Assembly (NCBI GenBank): GCA_964645795.1
Contig: CAZYCL010000001.1
Location: forward strand, 31,194-95,193
Reading direction: 5' to 3'
DNA length: 64,000 bases
From: an uncultured Planctomycetales bacterium
Lineage (GTDB): Bacteria; Omnitrophota; Gorgyraeia; Gygaellales; Profunditerraquicolaceae
Notes under the pieces: generated by a model
Seen by the model: the letters and a program-made list of their open reading frames with translations, nothing else
What the model was told of the DNA's origin: nothing
Databases searched by the model: none
Position numbers and translations under genes: made by a program
Shown: positions 18,241-29,678 of the stretch, piece after piece
Position numbering within the stretch: position 1 is the first letter of the stretch
Layout of the letters: the number at the start of each line of letters is the position of its first letter

Positions 18241-19731
18241 TCATAAACCTGATTCATGCCCCTTGGGGCTTATTATGGAAAATAATCCCCGGTCTATTCT
18301 CTTCACGATAAACTTACGCTCCAATTCACTGTCCGTTATCAAAGAAAATATGGGTTTATCAGGATTTAAAACATTATTGCTTATGTATTCATGCCAGGAG
18401 AAGGACTGTATCTGATTTCCTATTTTATAGTTTCTTGGCTGGCTCGCGGCTTCGAATATCCTGATATCGGGTCTTTGTTTCAGGATCACCTGTAAACATA
18501 AAAAAGAGGAAAGCTTATCCCAGGGGCAAAACAAAACAGAATCTTGCGGCAGTTTACCCAGGACCCGCTGACATTCGCTAAAGACGGAGTCACTGCTGGG
18601 CTTCGCAGGGATCAAATCATATGCTATTTTTAATGACGCCGGATAAAACCTCATTGTCATTACCGCCACCAATGCCCCCAAACAAATATATTGGACCCCT
18701 TTGAGGCTTATTTTCTCATAATATAGCTTGTCAAGGCCCAGACTTATAAAAATAGTGAGCACCAAAAATGAAGGCTCCAGCATCATATAGGAATCAGCGA
18801 CCCGATAATAACAGGAGTAACAGAAGTTAATTGCGCCGATCGATAATAAGAGCAGCGCGTAGCCCTTTCTTAGCTTCAACTGCGAGACCATTCCCTTAAA
18901 GGCGAAGAATATGAAAATACCGGTGAGGCTGACCATGAATAGCGACGAATAAAGGCTGATCCGTTCCAATAAAAATGCCCAGCCCCGGAAATACGTTGTC
19001 CCGTATTGCCTTCCGCTCAGGTATAGCAGAAGGTTATTTAAATTATCCGGGTTGTAATAGGTCCCTATCGGCGGCAGGTGCTTAGAGCGAAAATAAATAT
19101 ACAAGACCGGGGCTGCCGCGCCAATCAATACCGACGCAAGCAAAATCAATATATTCCTACCATGCTTTATCCTTTCTCTGCGGCATTCATAGAGGACGAA
19201 AACAATTAAAGGGGCAATAAAGAGGATGTTTGCGAAATAAACACCCAGGCTCAGGCCATAAATAAGGCCGCATGCGGACAAAATCCGGGTTTGGTGTTTC
19301 TGGCTCCAGCGATAGAACAAATAGAGGGCCAAGGCTACGATGAAGATATTTACGTTATGCACCTCGGACTCCATGGCAAACCTGAAGAATACGGGAGAGA
19401 AAGAAAATACCAGGACCGAAGTGATCGCAGCCGGGGCATTAACGCCGAGCTTTCGCAAAAAGAAATACAAAAAAACCAAGGTAAATGCGGAAAAAAACAA
19501 TGAAACGATATTCATACTATTTAGCCCGTTGCTGGTCATCAATAAGGCGATCTTGCCGATCCATAGATAGACCGGATAGCCGCAGGGATGCGCAATACCC
19601 GCCTGATAAGCTTGCAGTAAATATTCATCTCCATCGCCGCCTACCAGGGAGGGCTCTAAACCCAGGATATAAATAACAACCGGGATGAGTAACAGCGACA
19701 GAATGCTAAATTCTCTTTTTTGCATCGACAA
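18241..19731 (-). CDS. Polytopic membrane protein, GT-C fold glycosyltransferase-like (DUF2723/PMT_2-like)
   Basis: 496 aa with more than 10 TM segments. A GDGDEY acidic motif lies in the first loop. Confidence 0.5.
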   Translation of the reverse strand: MSMQKREFSILSLLLIPVVIYILGLEPSLVGGDGDEYLLQAYQAGIAHPCGYPVYLWIGKIALLMTSNGLNSMNIVSLFFSAFTLVFLYFFLRKLGVNAPAAITSVLVFSFSPVFFRFAMESEVHNVNIFIVALALYLFYRWSQKHQTRILSACGLIYGLSLGVYFANILFIAPLIVFVLYECRRERIKHGRNILILLASVLIGAAAPVLYIYFRSKHLPPIGTYYNPDNLNNLLLYLSGRQYGTTYFRGWAFLLERISLYSSLFMVSLTGIFIFFAFKGMVSQLKLRKGYALLLLSIGAINFCYSCYYRVADSYMMLEPSFLVLTIFISLGLDKLYYEKISLKGVQYICLGALVAVMTMRFYPASLKIAYDLIPAKPSSDSVFSECQRVLGKLPQDSVLFCPWDKLSSFLCLQVILKQRPDIRIFEAASQPRNYKIGNQIQSFSWHEYISNNVLNPDKPIFSLITDSELERKFIVKRIDRGLFSIISPKGHESGL

Positions 19732-19736
19732 GACCT

Positions 19737-21263
19737 TTAGGGTGCCCTATTGTTTGTGAAATCAAAAAGATAGGCGGAGGCCCGAACATCATGGAAAGAA
19801 TCGATCCTGTTCCCGATCGATTCCAGATAATTAACCATGTACGCTTCTTCGGAATCCCCGTTATGAGAATAGACATGGGAAAAAATAAACCATACCCTCT
19901 TTCCCTTTTTAAACCGGGAAAGCTCTTCTTTGTATCTTTCGCGCTCAACCCTCGAAGCGACCCCCTTAACATAGGGCCTCTCCTTAAAGCCGTACGAATC
20001 CGAATAATACTCAAATGCGCCTAGCGCGCCATAGTATACATAAACCTGATCTTCCTGGCGAATATTGGTTTCCAGATACCTTAAAATCGGCTTGATCTCT
20101 TCGCGGTAGACCATTTTCCCGTCAAGAAGTCTGCCGACCGAAGCAAGCGCCGGGTATAGGATTAAAACCAGGAAAACGAATCCAAGCACCCGGGGGAAAA
20201 TTGACTTGCGTTGCAAAAGAAACGACAATCCGCAGGCAATGAACAAATATAAAAACGGTACGTAAAACAGGAGCAATCTTCCTTCGAAAGGATACTTATG
20301 AAAACCGCTGGCCAATAATGCGAGCAAGGCAGGAAGCAATAACAAATAAAATATTTTGCGCTGCCTCTTGAACATCGAATATGCGCCGATAACGAACAAG
20401 ACTGAGCCTACCAAGGCAAAATGGATCATCCCGGGATAATGAAAAATGCCTACAAATGATCTCGCAAACCATAGCTGGTCTTCAATGGTAAGCGGCGGAA
20501 ACGGCATGAAACCTTGAGCCCAATAGTTTTGCATGGACATATCCAGCGCGTAGGTTTTCAGGAAGAACATATACAATAATATGAAGCTGGCGCCCCAAAA
20601 CATGATACTTACAGTTAAATTTATTGCTTCTTGGCGCCTTTTCTCGGCAATATAGGTAAAGAACAGGACAGCCGCGGCTGCCCCCAATACAAAAACAGCA
20701 GGAAAAGAAAACCACAGCACAAAAGCTCCGGCGATCCCGAAAATAACGCCTTTTTTGAGGGTATATTCCCGGCCTAACAGGGAAATGGCGTAAAGCGCTA
20801 TGACCAAAGCCAAAAGGAGATCGCTTGAATACGGCTTAAATTCCGTGGAATAACGCAACATTTCTGCGGAAGTGGCGGCCAAAAACAAAACAAACACGGC
20901 ATAGCTTCTTGAACAGCATATAACCGATAAACGATATAATGCAAGAAACGCAACAAGGCTGCATAAAAACGGTATAAGCCTGAACGCGTACTCGCTCTTT
21001 CCTAATAGCTGAACGATCAATTTTGTCAATAAAACAAAAAAGAACGGGGCAGTGTAACGGGGCGAATATCCTTTAGAAACCAGATCAAGAAACGGCGTAT
21101 TGTGGACCTCGATCGCCATGTAAGCCTCGTCAAGCCAAATCGAACGGCTCCCAATGTATTCCGCTGTGCGCGCATAGATACCGAAAGCCAATACAAACGC
21201 CAGAGACATCCATACCAGCCACCGGGTCATTTTCCTTGCTTTCGAAAATTTTAATCTATGCAT
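19737..21263 (-). CDS. Glycosyltransferase family 39/83-like (ArnT/PMT-type GT-C) membrane protein
   Basis: 508 aa, polytopic. A WLDEAY motif lies in the first periplasmic loop. Confidence 0.6.
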   Translation of the reverse strand: MHRLKFSKARKMTRWLVWMSLAFVLAFGIYARTAEYIGSRSIWLDEAYMAIEVHNTPFLDLVSKGYSPRYTAPFFFVLLTKLIVQLLGKSEYAFRLIPFLCSLVAFLALYRLSVICCSRSYAVFVLFLAATSAEMLRYSTEFKPYSSDLLLALVIALYAISLLGREYTLKKGVIFGIAGAFVLWFSFPAVFVLGAAAAVLFFTYIAEKRRQEAINLTVSIMFWGASFILLYMFFLKTYALDMSMQNYWAQGFMPFPPLTIEDQLWFARSFVGIFHYPGMIHFALVGSVLFVIGAYSMFKRQRKIFYLLLLPALLALLASGFHKYPFEGRLLLFYVPFLYLFIACGLSFLLQRKSIFPRVLGFVFLVLILYPALASVGRLLDGKMVYREEIKPILRYLETNIRQEDQVYVYYGALGAFEYYSDSYGFKERPYVKGVASRVERERYKEELSRFKKGKRVWFIFSHVYSHNGDSEEAYMVNYLESIGNRIDSFHDVRASAYLFDFTNNRAP

Positions 21264-21270
21264 GGGCGTT

Positions 21271-21990
21271 TTAGCCGGCGATCCTAAACTGCGGGTAGAA
21301 ACTCAAGACGTCTTCGGGCGTACCGAGGACATGCACCGACTCCTCAGGTATAATGCTGGTATATACGCTAAAGCGCGGGTCCCTTATCAGGACATTGTAG
21401 AGAGGCGCAGTATACTGCTCTTTATAAGCGCTAAAATCAAAGTTCTTATAACAGTGCTTGTAGAGCTCAAACGATTTAAAATAATACAGGCCGACCGTGC
21501 CGAACTCGCTTATCCTGACCTTCTCTTCTGCCTCGAGCACCCTGAAATCATTATTGAACCTGATAAAGCTCCATCTGTCTCCCTGCGCCTTGAACGCAGG
21601 CAGCCAACCGTCGCCTTTAATATATTCAGGCTTTAGGAAATCGCGCTCGACGTAAGTATCGATATTGTATACCAGGATCTCCTCGCCGGGTTCCGTAATC
21701 ATGTCTGCGGCCAACAAAACGGTGGCCGCCTGCCCCTTGGTCAAGTAATCAACCTCGATGACTCTGATACTTTCTATGCCCAGCTTAGCGGTTTTATTGA
21801 AGATAAAACTCTCGGTATTGTCGGATTTCCTGCAGATAAAAATAAAATCGTTTGCGAAAAAATGGGTCAGGCTCGTTACGGCCCACTCAAAAAGCGTCAT
21901 CCCTTTTACTTCGATCTCATGCTTAGGACAGGAAAATCCCGCGTCCCTGAACCTGCTGCCAGCGCCAGCCATCGTGATTATGACTTTCAT
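21271..21990 (-). CDS. Sugar-phosphate nucleotidyltransferase-like protein
   Basis: The N-terminus ITMAGAGSRF resembles the GxGTR(L/F) nucleotidyltransferase loop. 239 aa. Confidence 0.45.
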   Translation of the reverse strand: MKVIITMAGAGSRFRDAGFSCPKHEIEVKGMTLFEWAVTSLTHFFANDFIFICRKSDNTESFIFNKTAKLGIESIRVIEVDYLTKGQAATVLLAADMITEPGEEILVYNIDTYVERDFLKPEYIKGDGWLPAFKAQGDRWSFIRFNNDFRVLEAEEKVRISEFGTVGLYYFKSFELYKHCYKNFDFSAYKEQYTAPLYNVLIRDPRFSVYTSIIPEESVHVLGTPEDVLSFYPQFRIAG

Positions 21991-22043
21991 GTGACCTTTT
22001 CGGTAAGCATAAATAGCCTATACCTTACGCCAAAATAGCCAGC

Positions 22044-22080
22044 ATAAAAAAGCCCCGCACCTATTGAGTAAATGCGGGGC
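22044..22080 (-). terminator. Rho-independent terminator (GCCCCGCA ... TGCGGGGC plus U-tract on the minus strand)
   Basis: A run of six A precedes the hairpin on the plus strand, which gives a U-tract after it on the minus strand. It lies immediately downstream of the gene ending at 22099. Confidence 0.7.
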
Positions 22081-22098
22081 GGAAAACGTCAATGCTGG

Positions 22099-22776
22099 CT
22101 ACTTCTTCTTGAACTTCTCTATCAACTCGCTGACAAACCTTCCGGCAATATCCTTGCAGCCTAACCCAAAGGCAAGCGCCAGCCCCAGGCCTAAGGCGCC
22201 AAGGAGTATGGAGAGGGTAAGTTCCGTTATTCTTATTCCGATCTGCAGCTGCTCAAGGGCCACAAATATCGCGAAAGCTATGACCACGGTTTCGACGATG
22301 CTGCTAAGGAGCTTGCTCTGAGAAACTCCCGCGTTATTGGCCGCGGTAAAAACAATATTCTTGAGCAATGTGGCGATGAACATCCCGATGATCAGGATGA
22401 AAATAGCGGCGATTATATTGGGGATATACAGCACAACTCTGTTCAAAAGGTCGGCCGCTACGGTCAGCCCAATGGCGTTGATAGCCACCATAAAGGTGAC
22501 CAAAAGCAGAAGCCAGTAACAAAGCACGCCGATCAGCTCCGAGAATGAATAACCGATCCCGCCTTTTTCAAGCATGCCGTCCAGGCCGATACGGTCGGAA
22601 AGATCATCGAGCTTAAGGCTCCTTAAGCCCTTGGTAACTATGGAGCGGGCGACTTTCGCGATAATCCAGCCGATGATGAGTATCAAAACCACCAGAAGTA
22701 TGTTAATAAAGAACTGTCCTACCTGGGAAAGGGCCTGCCTTGCGGGTTCTAATAATACGATCTGCCAATTGCTCAT
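22099..22776 (-). CDS. Membrane protein with repeated conserved TM-helix motifs (MscS N-terminal-like TM_helix repeats)
   Basis: 225 aa with 4-5 TM helices and a repeating VxxxIxxIIxAIxIL pattern. Confidence 0.45.
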   Translation of the reverse strand: MSNWQIVLLEPARQALSQVGQFFINILLVVLILIIGWIIAKVARSIVTKGLRSLKLDDLSDRIGLDGMLEKGGIGYSFSELIGVLCYWLLLLVTFMVAINAIGLTVAADLLNRVVLYIPNIIAAIFILIIGMFIATLLKNIVFTAANNAGVSQSKLLSSIVETVVIAFAIFVALEQLQIGIRITELTLSILLGALGLGLALAFGLGCKDIAGRFVSELIEKFKKK

Positions 22777-22834
22777 CAGCGCCTCCTTGTTAGTTTATAA
22801 CTCTAACATATAACAAGAGTTGTGTCAAGCCACT

Positions 22835-23620
22835 TTAAAAACTTATGGTCATGCCGTCGGCTGCCGCAATGACTTCGCAATCAAAGGCCTTGCTTAAGCG
22901 GCGAGCCTGCAGATGTGGCGCAGCCTTGAGCATGTTCATGCCGAAGTGCGTCAGCACGGTCTTCTCAGGCTTTAAATCCCTTATAAGCAGCTCGGCTTCA
23001 GAGAGGCTCAGGTGATCAATGCCCTGCCTGGGCTCAGGGAAGACGACCGGCAGTATCAGAGTATCGCTTTTATAAAAATCCTCCAACTCCTTAAAATACC
23101 TGGTATCAGCCAGTAACGCTACGGACTTTACTCCGATATTGAATTTGATACCGTAAGTCTCTACGGGATGAATATGCCTCATGGAAGTGATAAAAGCGAA
23201 ATTGCCAACACTGTAGCGGCTGTTAGGCTGGAGCGTTTCTATCCGCTCGGGGAATCCGCGCAAATACCTGAATATTACGGGGTCTTCGCCGATGGCGTCA
23301 GAAGGACAGAAGACTGCCCCTCTCTTTTTAAACCCCCCTTCTGTCATTGCCTCGATCATCACGTTAATATCTCCGGAATGATCGAGGTGGCGGTGCGTCA
23401 GTATCAACGCATCAAGGCTGGAAGGGTCAAGCCTTGGCCGGCTTGAGGCACAGCGGACAATACTTCCCGGTCCGGGATCAATGAGCACGTTGGTCCCCGC
23501 GCAAGATATCCATATCCCACCCGAAGCGCGCAGCTGCCTGATCATCACAAAACGCGCCCCTGATGTCCCAAGGAACTTAATAAAACCGGCTTCGGGCGGT
23601 GTATTTACGGCTTTAGCCAT
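22835..23620 (-). CDS. MBL-fold metallo-hydrolase
   Basis: HRHLDHSGD motif. 261 aa. Confidence 0.75.
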   Translation of the reverse strand: MAKAVNTPPEAGFIKFLGTSGARFVMIRQLRASGGIWISCAGTNVLIDPGPGSIVRCASSRPRLDPSSLDALILTHRHLDHSGDINVMIEAMTEGGFKKRGAVFCPSDAIGEDPVIFRYLRGFPERIETLQPNSRYSVGNFAFITSMRHIHPVETYGIKFNIGVKSVALLADTRYFKELEDFYKSDTLILPVVFPEPRQGIDHLSLSEAELLIRDLKPEKTVLTHFGMNMLKAAPHLQARRLSKAFDCEVIAAADGMTISF

Positions 23621-24111
23621 AATCTAATCAACTCCTGGTTTATAGCCTGCTTCTGAGAGTAGCTGAGCGCTTCTGCGTCCCCTTCGCGGGCAAGCTTATC
23701 CGGCGCGCGCCCGGTCCTGGCGGGCCGCGACAGAAAATCCTCAACGCTCATCCACCTGCCCAGATGTGAGCGCACAAGGAACTTTATCTCTTTATCGTCC
23801 GATACCACTACGGTATTCCTGTTATTTGCGCCTGACTCAAGGATATCCCTTATCTTTTCGTCGGCGCTGCCCTTACCGGAAAATATTATATTTATCTGCC
23901 GGCGCTCTTTGAGCATATCCGCAACCATATCTTTAGAGGGAAAACCGTCAAAAACCACCACTACCATGTTTTTGGGGCTGCCGGTAAGACCGTTATCGTT
24001 GATATACTCTAGGAGTAATAAACGCTTATCTTGGGGACTGGCGCTTCTTTTCCGGCTGAAGATGGGGTTGTGGATTATGTTGCAGCCGTCGATGATGAAC
24101 CGTAAGGACAT
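23605..24111 (-). CDS. NYN/YacP-like predicted RNase domain protein
   Basis: N-terminus [11 protein letters not shown]...VVVFDG matches the YacP/NYN pattern. Confidence 0.55.
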   Translation of the reverse strand: MSLRFIIDGCNIIHNPIFSRKRSASPQDKRLLLLEYINDNGLTGSPKNMVVVVFDGFPSKDMVADMLKERRQINIIFSGKGSADEKIRDILESGANNRNTVVVSDDKEIKFLVRSHLGRWMSVEDFLSRPARTGRAPDKLAREGDAEALSYSQKQAINQELIRLWLKP

Positions 24112-25042
24112 AGATGAGTCCTCCTATGGCTCCGTATAGCACTATAAAAGAGAAGTTCAAGAGCGACATGGCGAAGGCCGGGTCGCGCGCCACGCCTACC
24201 TTAGCAAAAAAGTAGACTACTGTCGCATCCCTTAGGCCCAGGCCGCCTATGGAGATCGGTAGCAGCGTAATAGCGCCGATGATGGGCAGGAATATGAAGA
24301 AATAAAGGATGTCGATCTTCAACCCCAAAGACAAAGAGATCAGATAAAAAGTAACCGGAGTGACCATCTGGATTATCACGGATATGATGATATTAACGGT
24401 AAGGGTGGGGATCTTGTCCCTGAAAATGTGTATCTCGTGATGCAGGTTGGTAATAAGCTCCCGCAGCCTGCCGGCGGTCGGGGAGTCAAGCATCTTGTTT
24501 ATCCTTTTGTAGCTGGCCTTGTCAAAGAACACTAACAGCACCAGGATCAGCAATAAAGTAATGATCGCCACCGGCAAAAGGATGCCCGGATCAGCCAACA
24601 GTCTCCAGCCGCACAATAAGGCCGCGATGGTCAGGATTACCAGGCCTATATAACCGCTTAGCCTGTCCACGAATACCGTGGCCAGGACCTCCTTGGTCTT
24701 TTTGGTATGCGCTGCCATGTCTACGCTGCGCATGACATCTCCGCCGATGGTTGAAGGCAGAAAAAGGCTGAAAAATACCCCTCCGGAGTAAGAGATGATG
24801 ATCCTGGTGATGGGGATGCGGATCCCTACGGCACCCAACAGCATCGACCAGCGGTATATACAGAGTGCGTATGTCAACAGATATACGGCAAGAGAACTGA
24901 ACAAGAGAGGCTTATCCGCGCTTTTTACGATCTCAAACAAGCTCTTCTCGTCAACCTGCCTGAATACCAGCAATAGGAGGACCGCGCTTATTCCGAAACG
25001 CAGGAATACAAAAAGAAGCTTCTTGGCGAAAGCCTTTATCAT
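24026..25042 (-). CDS. UPF0104/lysylphosphatidylglycerol-synthase-TM-region-like flippase-like membrane protein
   Basis: 338 aa with ~8 TM segments. The N-terminal pattern is [16 protein letters not shown]...YRWSMLL. Confidence 0.5.
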   Translation of the reverse strand: MIKAFAKKLLFVFLRFGISAVLLLLVFRQVDEKSLFEIVKSADKPLLFSSLAVYLLTYALCIYRWSMLLGAVGIRIPITRIIISYSGGVFFSLFLPSTIGGDVMRSVDMAAHTKKTKEVLATVFVDRLSGYIGLVILTIAALLCGWRLLADPGILLPVAIITLLLILVLLVFFDKASYKRINKMLDSPTAGRLRELITNLHHEIHIFRDKIPTLTVNIIISVIIQMVTPVTFYLISLSLGLKIDILYFFIFLPIIGAITLLPISIGGLGLRDATVVYFFAKVGVARDPAFAMSLLNFSFIVLYGAIGGLIYVLTVHHRRLQHNPQPHLQPEKKRQSPR

Positions 25043-25932
25043 AAGAGATCCTTGCCGACCAGCCTTTTATAGGCTTCGCGGTATTTGGCGCTGGTCTTCT
25101 CGATAATCTCGGCAGGCAGCTTTGGGGCAGGCGGCGTCTTGTCCCACTTAAGCGTCTCCAGGTAATCCCTGACGAACTGTTTATCAAAGCTAGGCTGAGG
25201 GGCGCCGGGAAAATACTGGTCCTTTGGCCAAAACCGGGAAGAATCCGGGGTAAGCACCTCGTCAATGAGGATCAACGACCGGCCGTCCAGCCCGAATTCG
25301 AACTTCGTATCCGCGATAATGATCCCCCTGGAAAGGGCATGCTCGCTTGCCTTGCGGTAAATATTGATGCTTAACCCTGCGACTTCGTCAGCCAGATCCT
25401 TACCGATGAGCTTCTTCACGTGGTCGTTAGTGACGTTTATATCGTGGCCGACATCGGCTTTGGTGGAAGGGGTGAATATTATCTGGGGCAGCTTATCGGA
25501 CTCCGCCAACCCCGCGGGCAGCTTAATACCGCATACCGACTGATACTTTAAATACTCTTTCCATCCCGAGCCGGAAAGGTAGCCCCGCACTATACATTCT
25601 ACCGGCAGCGGCTTGGTCTTTAAAACCAGCATCGACCTTCCTTTCAGCTGGTCATTATACTTGTGCAGCTTCTGGGGGTAAGCCTCTACGTCATCGGTAA
25701 TAAAATGGTGGGAGGCGATATCTTTTATATGTTCGAACCAGAAACGGGAAAGCCCTGTCAGGACCCTGCCCTTATGCGGGATCCCGCAGGGCAGCACCAC
25801 GTCAAAACAGGATATCCTGTCGGTCGAAACGATAAGCAGCTTATCACCCAGATCATAAACATCCCTGACTTTGCCCCTGCGGAAAAGCTTCAGATCCGGA
25901 AATTCGGTCTTCAGCAGAACAGGCTCAACCAT
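25039..25932 (-). CDS. purC: Phosphoribosylaminoimidazole-succinocarboxamide synthase
   Basis: GKVRDVYDL...[17 protein letters not shown] signature. 297 aa long form. Confidence 0.9.
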   Translation of the reverse strand: MVEPVLLKTEFPDLKLFRRGKVRDVYDLGDKLLIVSTDRISCFDVVLPCGIPHKGRVLTGLSRFWFEHIKDIASHHFITDDVEAYPQKLHKYNDQLKGRSMLVLKTKPLPVECIVRGYLSGSGWKEYLKYQSVCGIKLPAGLAESDKLPQIIFTPSTKADVGHDINVTNDHVKKLIGKDLADEVAGLSINIYRKASEHALSRGIIIADTKFEFGLDGRSLILIDEVLTPDSSRFWPKDQYFPGAPQPSFDKQFVRDYLETLKWDKTPPAPKLPAEIIEKTSAKYREAYKRLVGKDLL

Positions 25933-27718
25933 CGTTATTCACTCGGTTTGAAAGCATCTTAAGCTCCTGCCTCATCTCTTTGGGGAGATCGCTGCCGAAC
26001 TGCTTGAAAAACTGCTCTATATCCTTTACCTCTTCGAACCACTCTTCTTTATTGACTTCCAGGAGCTTTTCAAGAGTGCCCTCCACCAGGTACAACCCGG
26101 TCATGTCTATATCCTGGACGCGCGGCACATAACCGATGGGAGTCTTGTTGGCATCAACCTTATTATTACACCTGTCAAGTATCCATTCAAGGACCCTGAG
26201 ATTCTCCCTGAATCCCGGCCACAGGAACCTGCCTTTCTCGTCGATCCTGAACCAGTTTACGTGAAAGATCTTTGGGGCCCTGGACATACGCTTGCCCATA
26301 TCAAGCCAATGCCTTAAATAATAACCCATGTTGTAGCCGCAAAAAGGGAACATCGCCATCGGGTCGCGTCTTACCTGTCCGAGCTTGCCTACCTGGGCCG
26401 CGGTCAGCTCTGAGGCCATGGTGGCCCCTACAAATACGCCGTGCTGCCAATTAAATGATTCATAGACTAAAGGGGCCAGATGCGCCCTGCGCCCTCCAAA
26501 GACAATGGCCGAAATAGGAACACCGTGATGCTGCTCAAGCCTGAAGGATGCCGATGGACAGTTGGAGATCGGGGCGGTAAAACGGCTGTTGGGATGCGCC
26601 CCTAAAACAGGATTTCCTTGGGCGTCAAGCATCCCGGGTTTCCAGGGCCTGCCCTGCCAGTCAATACCCTCGCTGGGGACCGCTCCGTCCGCGCCCTCCC
26701 ACCAAACAGTACGATCGGGCTTTTGCAGGACATTGGTAAAAATCGTATTCTTCTTCACCGTTTCTACCATGCTGGGATTAGTGTGAGAGTTGGTGCCGGG
26801 CGCAACGCCGAAAAACCCTGTCTCCGGATTGATCGCCCAAAGCGCGCCGTCGGAATCAACGCGCATCCAGGCGATATCGTCGCCTACCGTCCAGATGCGA
26901 TAGCCCTTGATCTTGAGCCCGTCGGGCGGGACAAGCATGGCAAGGTTGGTCTTGCCGCAGGCGCTGGGGAAGGCCGCGGCGATATATTCGATGTGACCGT
27001 TAGGTTCCTCGATCCCCATAATCAACATGTGCTCCGCAAACCACTTCTCTTTTTTACCCAGATAACTGGCAATCCGAAGGGAAAGGCATTTCTTGCCCAA
27101 AAGGACGTTGCCTCCGTAACCCGAGCCCACGCTCCAAATGGTATTATCTTCCGGAAAATGAAGGATCAGCCGGTTGTTGATATCAAGCTTGGCCTTCGAG
27201 TGCAGGCATTTGGTAAAACCATCTCTCTTCTCGAGCTCCCGCAGCACGGCCGTGCCCACCCGGGTCATGATCATCATGTTAAGCACCACATAACGCGAAT
27301 CCGTCAGCTCCACTCCGATCTTGCTGAACTCAGAGCCTACCGGCCCCATGGAAAACGGGATCACATACATCGTCCTGCCGCACATGGCCCCCTTAAAAAT
27401 AGCCGCGGCTTTCCTGTAAGCGACACCGGGAGACATCCAGTTGTTAAAAGGCCCGGCGTCGCGCTTCTTGCGCGTGCAGATAAAAGTAAGATGCTCGGTC
27501 CTGGCCACATCATCGATCGCCGTCCTGTGGAGGACGCAGCCCGGAAGCTTTTCTTTATCCAGTTCGATCAGCTCACCCGTAGAAAAAGCCTCTTTTTGAA
27601 GAGCGGCCTTTTGTTCGTTTGAACCGTCTATCCAGACGATATCATCCGGCTGGCACATCTTTGCCATCTTGCCGACCCAATCTTTCAATTTTTTATTGGT
27701 TGTTGGCGCCTTTTTCAC
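25925..27718 (-). CDS. pckG: Phosphoenolpyruvate carboxykinase (GTP)
   Basis: 597 aa with PEPCK-GTP motifs (FPSACGKTN kinase-1a, WMSPG region). Confidence 0.9.
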   Translation of the reverse strand: MKKAPTTNKKLKDWVGKMAKMCQPDDIVWIDGSNEQKAALQKEAFSTGELIELDKEKLPGCVLHRTAIDDVARTEHLTFICTRKKRDAGPFNNWMSPGVAYRKAAAIFKGAMCGRTMYVIPFSMGPVGSEFSKIGVELTDSRYVVLNMMIMTRVGTAVLRELEKRDGFTKCLHSKAKLDINNRLILHFPEDNTIWSVGSGYGGNVLLGKKCLSLRIASYLGKKEKWFAEHMLIMGIEEPNGHIEYIAAAFPSACGKTNLAMLVPPDGLKIKGYRIWTVGDDIAWMRVDSDGALWAINPETGFFGVAPGTNSHTNPSMVETVKKNTIFTNVLQKPDRTVWWEGADGAVPSEGIDWQGRPWKPGMLDAQGNPVLGAHPNSRFTAPISNCPSASFRLEQHHGVPISAIVFGGRRAHLAPLVYESFNWQHGVFVGATMASELTAAQVGKLGQVRRDPMAMFPFCGYNMGYYLRHWLDMGKRMSRAPKIFHVNWFRIDEKGRFLWPGFRENLRVLEWILDRCNNKVDANKTPIGYVPRVQDIDMTGLYLVEGTLEKLLEVNKEEWFEEVKDIEQFFKQFGSDLPKEMRQELKMLSNRVNNDG

Positions 27719-28632
27719 TTAACGCTCCTGGCTGTTACGTACTTATACGCCGCTTCGGCGGCAACCGCCCCTTCGGAACAGGCGGTGATCACCTGATACA
27801 GGCTTTTCTTCCTGCAGTCGCCGCAGACAAAGACTCCCGGCGCCGAAGTAGACATGTCTTCGCCGGCCTCTACAAACCCCGCGTCATCAAGGACAACCTC
27901 GCCTTTGAAGATGGCGGTATCGGGATCATAGCCTATAAAGACGAATATACCGTTGCAGGCGATAATGCTTTCTTTGGCCGTAAGGAGGTTCTTGACCCTG
28001 ACCGACTCGACCCTGCCGGTGCCGTTTATCTCTTCGACCACGCTGTTCAGGATAAAATCTATCTTGTCGCTTTTCTCCTGTAGTCTTTTTTGAAGAAGAT
28101 GGGAAGCGCGCATCTCGCCCCTTCGGTGGATGATGCCCACAGAAGAAGCGAACCGCGCCAGATACAAGGCTTCTTCGGCCACGGTGTTACCGCCTCCGAC
28201 TACCATTACTTTTTTATTCTTAAAGAACGGCGCGTCGCATACGGCGCAGTAAGAAACCCCCTTGCCGGTAAGCCTGTCTTCGCCGGCTACGCCCAGCTTT
28301 CGCGATACTGCCCCGGTAGCGATGATCACGGCCTTGGCCTGATAGGTACCGGAGCCGGTCTTTACTTTCAGGCCGCCGGCATCCAATCCCACGACTTCTT
28401 CATTGACGATTTTGACTGGCAGCCCCTCAAGCTGATCCTGCATGCGCTTCATAAGCTCCTGGGTCGTTATGCCTGCGGGAAATCCGGGATAATTCTCAAT
28501 GATATCGCTGGCGAGGATCCTGCCTCCGACAAGCATCTTCTCCAATAACAATGTATCCAGGCCTGCCCTGCCGGCATAGAGGGCCGCCGTCAGGCCGGCC
28601 GGTCCCGCACCTATGATGACTAGATCCTGCAT
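27715..28632 (-). CDS. trxB: Thioredoxin-disulfide reductase
   Basis: FAD motif IIGAGPAG. The redox-active site is CAVCDA. Confidence 0.9.
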   Translation of the reverse strand: MQDLVIIGAGPAGLTAALYAGRAGLDTLLLEKMLVGGRILASDIIENYPGFPAGITTQELMKRMQDQLEGLPVKIVNEEVVGLDAGGLKVKTGSGTYQAKAVIIATGAVSRKLGVAGEDRLTGKGVSYCAVCDAPFFKNKKVMVVGGGNTVAEEALYLARFASSVGIIHRRGEMRASHLLQKRLQEKSDKIDFILNSVVEEINGTGRVESVRVKNLLTAKESIIACNGIFVFIGYDPDTAIFKGEVVLDDAGFVEAGEDMSTSAPGVFVCGDCRKKSLYQVITACSEGAVAAEAAYKYVTARSVK

Positions 28633-28649
28633 CGATGACTCCGAAAATA

Positions 28650-28853
28650 TTAAAACTTCTTTTTAGACCTTATAAAAGCGGCTACGCTACGATCATAGCT
28701 TTTTTCCGCTTCGGGAGAGAAGAAACATCCGGGGATTTCGCCGCGATCGCGGTGATAGGCGACGCACTCACAGCAGATCCCTTTGCGCGAACAAGGCTCG
28801 TAACTACAGGTGCACTCTGCAAGTCTTTGTTTCTGATTCGGACAGCTTGCCAT
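28650..28853 (-). CDS. Small Cys-rich protein (CxC...C...CCxC)
   Basis: 67 aa with 8 Cys. It overlaps the def 3' end. Confidence 0.35.
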   Translation of the reverse strand: MASCPNQKQRLAECTCSYEPCSRKGICCECVAYHRDRGEIPGCFFSPEAEKSYDRSVAAFIRSKKKF

Positions 28854-29352
28854 CTATTGACTTTTTCCTTAATTCCTGCAGCTTCTGCTTGTACTTTACC
28901 TTATCGAGAAACCCGGCATAATCTATGATAAGCTTTCCGCGTAAATGGTCCATCTCATGCTGTATGACGCAGGCAAACAGTTCTTCAGCCTCTACCTCTA
29001 TTTCTTTGCCCCTCTCATCCAGGGCCTCTACCAGGATCTTCCTGGAACGCGGCACCTTGATGCAGACACCCGGGACGCTCAGGCACCCCTCTTCGATGGA
29101 ATAATCGCCCTCCCTGCGCCTGATCGCCGGGTTGATGAGCTTATAAAGCCCGCCGCCTATATCCACAACGATCATATTAAGGTTCACCCCCACCTGCGGG
29201 GCAGCCAGGCCTATGCCCTGGTCCGCGTACATCAGCTGCGCCATCGAGCTTAACAGGGCGCGGTGCTCATCGGTAACCTTCTTTACGGCAACGGACTTTT
29301 TTCTCAATACGGGGTCGCCGTACCACCTAATTTTTAATCCGGTTTTTTCCAT
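28804..29352 (-). CDS. def: Peptide deformylase
   Basis: [18 protein letters not shown] and QHEMDHL motifs. Confidence 0.9.
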   Translation of the reverse strand: MEKTGLKIRWYGDPVLRKKSVAVKKVTDEHRALLSSMAQLMYADQGIGLAAPQVGVNLNMIVVDIGGGLYKLINPAIRRREGDYSIEEGCLSVPGVCIKVPRSRKILVEALDERGKEIEVEAEELFACVIQHEMDHLRGKLIIDYAGFLDKVKYKQKLQELRKKSIDGKLSESETKTCRVHL

Positions 29353-29677
29353 TAACTTTTACTATCCTGGGCTTAAGGCCGGCATACTCATTCTCGTCCA
29401 AAAGGACATAGGAGAGGATTATCACCTCGTCCCCCACGCATGCGCCTCTGGCCGCGGCTCCGTTAAGACATATGATACCGCTGGAGGCCTTGCCTTTTAT
29501 GGCATAGGTCTCGATGCGGCTGCCGTTGTTAAGATTGAGGACCTCCACCTTTTCAAACTCTTTGATGTCGGCGGCCTTCATCAGCCTCTCATCTATGGTT
29601 ATGCTGCCTTCGTATCGCAGGTTGGCATCGGTAACAAAGGCCCTGTGTATCTTTGACTTCAGGATTATCCTCAACAT
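29327..29677 (-). CDS. panD: Aspartate 1-decarboxylase
   Basis: MLRIILKSKIHRA...YEGSITID is the PanD proenzyme signature. Confidence 0.9.
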   Translation of the reverse strand: MLRIILKSKIHRAFVTDANLRYEGSITIDERLMKAADIKEFEKVEVLNLNNGSRIETYAIKGKASSGIICLNGAAARGACVGDEVIILSYVLLDENEYAGLKPRIVKVNGKNRIKN

Positions 29678-29678
29678 C

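Noticed and set aside
26618-27622. 334-aa plus-strand ORF
   Set aside because: It is entirely antisense to the strongly supported pckG (PEPCK-GTP) gene. It has a Gly/Arg/Pro-rich composition typical of the reverse frame of a GC-rich gene.
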